DNA of 63,517 nt, the filler included, from Bdellovibrionota bacterium (GTDB taxonomy: Bacteria; Bdellovibrionota; Bdellovibrionia; Bdellovibrionales; JAEYZS01): the NCBI GenBank assembly GCA_963169515.1. It is 7 parts of 7 records of this genome, joined end to end, with 100 filler letters (N's around TTAATTAATTAA, not from the genome) between each part and the next. Parts side by side here need not be neighbours in the genome. Positions count along the whole stretch, not along the records: positions 60,357 to 63,517 come from CAUJEF010000017.1; 6 more parts are not named here. One strand, written 5' to 3'. The notes beneath the pieces are model-generated. The model saw only the letters and a program-made list of their open reading frames with translations, was not told the origin of the DNA and did not search any database. Both the position numbers and the translations under genes were made by a program. Numbering within the stretch: position 1 is the first letter of the stretch; each line of letters opens with the position of its first letter. Shown here piece after piece: positions 60,584-63,517 of this stretch.

Positions 60584-61300
60584 CTAAGCCACGGCCTTGA
60601 CATCTGAAGTGTCGACTGCATTTGAGAACTGGCGAACATAGTCAATAATGGTTGCGCGTGATTCTGCATGCAAATTTTCAAATTGTAATCCGGTGTATCC
60701 GCCTTTACCTGTATAGACAACAGTTGCCTTGGACTGAATCGGGTTTACGAGTAGTGGGCTTTTAAGGGTAACATAAACGACGTCGCCTTTGATCAAATGT
60801 GGAACATTTTTAAGTCCCATTCCACCCTCTCCAATTTCAGCGGCATGACAAACAAAATCTTCAGCCCCTCGTTTCACAAATGCTTCGCCTTGGATTGGCG
60901 CTCGTGGATGTTCGCGTCGGGTGATATCGAGTTGCTTAGCAACTTCGGGCATCTCATAAACAGTAGCCCATTTTTTCATTCCCATTGTCCACATTCGCAC
61001 CTGGGCAATGTTTCGAGTCACCATTATAAATTCCTTTAGCTCAATCCATGACAGAGGGCCTTTTTGTACTCCCAAAAACTCTACATACCATGTTGAACGC
61101 TGAACTTTGCTTTTAAAGCCTTCTTGAATTTGAGGAAGATTTTCTTTCCATTCTTTAATGGTGATCCATTCGCGTTGCCCCTTCCACCAAATAAGGCTAT
61201 CCGTACTCCAGCGTCCCTTGGTAAGACCGAGCTCAATGTTTTCAGCCGTGTAAGGGCCGCTTACTATTTCGTTTGAAAATACAAACCATACAGATTTCAT
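60584..61300 (-). CDS. Two GYF_2 (DUF4339)-like domains plus a PilZ domain
   Basis: GPY..W..G..EW occurs twice; RREHPR and EIGEGG. Confidence 0.85.
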   Translation of the reverse strand: MKSVWFVFSNEIVSGPYTAENIELGLTKGRWSTDSLIWWKGQREWITIKEWKENLPQIQEGFKSKVQRSTWYVEFLGVQKGPLSWIELKEFIMVTRNIAQVRMWTMGMKKWATVYEMPEVAKQLDITRREHPRAPIQGEAFVKRGAEDFVCHAAEIGEGGMGLKNVPHLIKGDVVYVTLKSPLLVNPIQSKATVVYTGKGGYTGLQFENLHAESRATIIDYVRQFSNAVDTSDVKAVA

Positions 61301-61452
61301 GCTATATTTAACTATCGGAAATGACTTGAGAAAACTTTATTTAATTTATTATTGCTGCGTTTGATCGGCTGATTCAAAATGAGACGGAAAAAAGGCAATA
61401 ATATTGTGGGACTAGATAAAATTACGGGCGAAAAGAGTCGATAGGACATCAG

Positions 61453-62541
61453 ATGCAGCAGCTAAAGGTACAGTTTCAGCAATATAAACTGAAATACGAG
61501 CGATATTTTCCGGCCACTTTTTTTGTGGCAGGATTTGTATTCGATATTGTCACGCTTGGACGAATTGACAATCTATTCGGAATCGTTCAACAGGCAGTTT
61601 ATTTGTTCCTAATTGGGATAATCTTGAGTTACCGAAGTCTGGAATACGCAGGCCTTTTTCATCCGACTGGAAAAATGTCACAGTTATGGAGGTATAATAA
61701 TGAAATACTCCATTTTGTTTTTGGAAGTTTGCTCAGCACATACACACTCTTTTATTTTGTTAGTAGCTCGTTTTTTGTTTCCTTTGGTTTTATGCTTTTT
61801 CTTTTTGTGATTCTTTTGGCTAATGAATTACCTCACTTTCAAAAGCAGGGGCCATGGTTAAAATATTTACTTTTTGGTCTATGTTTGATTTCATATTTTT
61901 CCTATATCGTACCGATTGCTATGGGTTTCATTGGCGTCGTTCCATTGGTTTTGGCAGTAATTTTAAGCGGCATCGTCGTATATTTAGTTTTTAAAGTGCT
62001 AGTTAAAAAGGGTGTGCCAGCTCAAAATCTAATGAAGAGTGTATTGGGTGCGCCTGCAGCGATTGGTATAATTTTTCTTTTGCTTTATTTTTTTAAGTTT
62101 CTGCCGCCAGTGCCTTTGTCAGTTCAATATATGGGAATTTACCACGAAGTTGCTCGCGACAATGGCCAATATGTTCTTAGATATGATCGTCCTTGGTGGC
62201 TTTTTTGGCAAAAAGGCGATCAAAATTTTTATGCGCAACCAGGGGACAAGATCAATTGCTTTGTTCGGATTTTTTCACCGACGGGTTTCAAAGATAAAGT
62301 ATTCTTTCATTGGTTAAAGAAGAACGATTTTGGTGACTGGGAATCTCAAGATCGAATCGCTAATGCAATTGTCGGCGGCCGTGAAGAAGGCTTTCGAGGT
62401 TTTGCTACAAAATCGAATTATTCGTCTGGAAAATGGCGAGTTCAGGTCGAGACCGAAGACGGACGAGAGATTGGTCGCGTCTATTTTAAGGTATTTCCCC
62501 AAGAACCGAATGATCGGCAGTTCCGAGAGGACAGATTTTAG
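61453..62541 (+). CDS. Multi-TM membrane protein with a C-terminal DUF2914-like domain
   Basis: GF.FD..TL.RID and GGREEGFRG...GKWRVQVET.DGR.IGR. Confidence 0.8.
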   Translation: MQQLKVQFQQYKLKYERYFPATFFVAGFVFDIVTLGRIDNLFGIVQQAVYLFLIGIILSYRSLEYAGLFHPTGKMSQLWRYNNEILHFVFGSLLSTYTLFYFVSSSFFVSFGFMLFLFVILLANELPHFQKQGPWLKYLLFGLCLISYFSYIVPIAMGFIGVVPLVLAVILSGIVVYLVFKVLVKKGVPAQNLMKSVLGAPAAIGIIFLLLYFFKFLPPVPLSVQYMGIYHEVARDNGQYVLRYDRPWWLFWQKGDQNFYAQPGDKINCFVRIFSPTGFKDKVFFHWLKKNDFGDWESQDRIANAIVGGREEGFRGFATKSNYSSGKWRVQVETEDGREIGRVYFKVFPQEPNDRQFREDRF

Positions 62542-62573
62542 TGCCATTGGGTCCACGTTCGATGTAGAATAGA

Positions 62574-62661
62574 TCAAGGTTCCAGGTTCCTTTTTTTGGA
62601 TAATTGGGTAAATTGCGAGCTTGAACCGAAAGTCTTTCAAAAAAGGAACCTGGAACCTTGA
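62574..62661. repeat. Perfect 23-bp inverted repeat with a 42-bp spacer
   Basis: TCAAGGTTCCAGGTTCCTTTTTT at 62574-62596; reverse complement at 62639-62661. Confidence 0.9.
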
Positions 62662-63517
62662 GAACCTTGAAACGCCGTCGAATGTATAAAGTTCTGATAC
62701 CCGTAGTGCTTGTGGGGTTGTCGATTGAAATCCTGGTCTTCTCGCCGAAAATAATTGGAATTCAGAAGGAAAGTGCGGAAAAAAGCGAACTGATCAAACC
62801 TGCAGAGATTAATGCCGAAACAGAACAAGCGATGGAGGGAGTGCACCTTGTCGAACTGAAACAGGGCAACAAAGAATGGGAACTCTGGGCGGACAAAGCT
62901 TACACCTTGAAGGAATCTGGAAAATTGATTCTCGAAAAGGTCAAAGTGAGGATTTTTGGAAATTCTGACGTAACCTATGTTGTTACCGGATCAAAAGGTG
63001 AAGTCGAAGTCGATAAAAAAGACATATTAATTTCTGGTGACGTTGTGACCGAAACATCCAGCGGCTATACTATCAACACAGATCATATTGTTTACAAATC
63101 AAGTGATCGCACACTTTCTTGTGATACAGATATAAAGATGTTCGGAGCGAGCCAAAAGGGCGAGGGACCAATTGTTTTGACGGGCGTCGGTATGCTTACG
63201 CTTCTTGCAAAAAACGAAATTAAGGTCCTTAAAGATGTTCGCGCAGAAAAGAAATTAGAGGATGGCAACACTTTTGTTTTACAGAGTGATAATGCGAGAT
63301 TTAAAGGGATAGATTATTCTGCATTTTTTGACGAAAATGTTGTAATGGTAATGAAGGATTCGCGGGTAACAGGCGACAGTGCGGTTCTTGACGTGAATCC
63401 AAAAACGAAGCTGGCCTATTCTGCAACGGTTAGGGGACACGTGAAATTGACAGATACTCAGAGGTGGGCTGTCGCACAAGAAGCACAGGTGATTTTTCCA
63501 GAGAGGAAGTTTATTTT
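62658..63517 (+). CDS. lptC: LptC-like LPS export protein, extended beta-jellyroll, 3'-truncated; not in the ORF track; start at 62658, 62667 or 62682
   Basis: Basic N-terminus plus TM; KEWELWADKA; G.V.......ISGDV; frame open to the window end. Confidence 0.75.
   Translation, partial: MRTLKRRRMYKVLIPVVLVGLSIEILVFSPKIIGIQKESAEKSELIKPAEINAETEQAMEGVHLVELKQGNKEWELWADKAYTLKESGKLILEKVKVRIFGNSDVTYVVTGSKGEVEVDKKDILISGDVVTETSSGYTINTDHIVYKSSDRTLSCDTDIKMFGASQKGEGPIVLTGVGMLTLLAKNEIKVLKDVRAEKKLEDGNTFVLQSDNARFKGIDYSAFFDENVVMVMKDSRVTGDSAVLDVNPKTKLAYSATVRGHVKLTDTQRWAVAQEAQVIFPERKFI

Overview
The window is seven contigs joined by an artificial 100-bp linker (N44-TTAATTAATTAA-N44), so gene order across the linkers carries no information. 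Six contigs look like a Bdellovibrionota (Bdellovibrionales-like predator) genome. They carry gltX-cysS-uvrB-uvrC, carD, recG, an HD-GYP gene, dus, glpX, pgsA-tRNA-Gly followed by a toxin-antitoxin islet, hutG-tRNA-Asp, PBP1b, a Ser/Thr kinase, coaE, groES-groEL, a Tad pilus/RHS ('hit'-like) locus, PilZ genes and lptC. Contig 44110-47611 looks foreign (Bacteroidota-like) and carries integron-cassette-like sites and stand-alone toxin/immunity pairs. Main observations: (1) a ~1335-aa signal-peptide protein with two ClpB-D2/ClpX-type AAA+ modules fused to an FtsH-type M41 protease; (2) an HUH/Y1 transposase nested in GTAG/GTGG inverted repeats and 65-bp direct repeats, plus a dispersed GGTGCCWGGCACC palindrome family; (3) tandem beta-barrel + Cys-rich lipoprotein pairs; (4) a complete sigma54/IHF/enhancer promoter layout at the hit-like locus and recurring sigma28-like promoters; (5) a DUF4240 + URI-fold toxin pair; (6) several genes broken by a single stop or frameshift; (7) a tRNA-Gly with a compensatory A19-U56 pair. 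All family assignments come from motif recognition by eye; no database searches were run.
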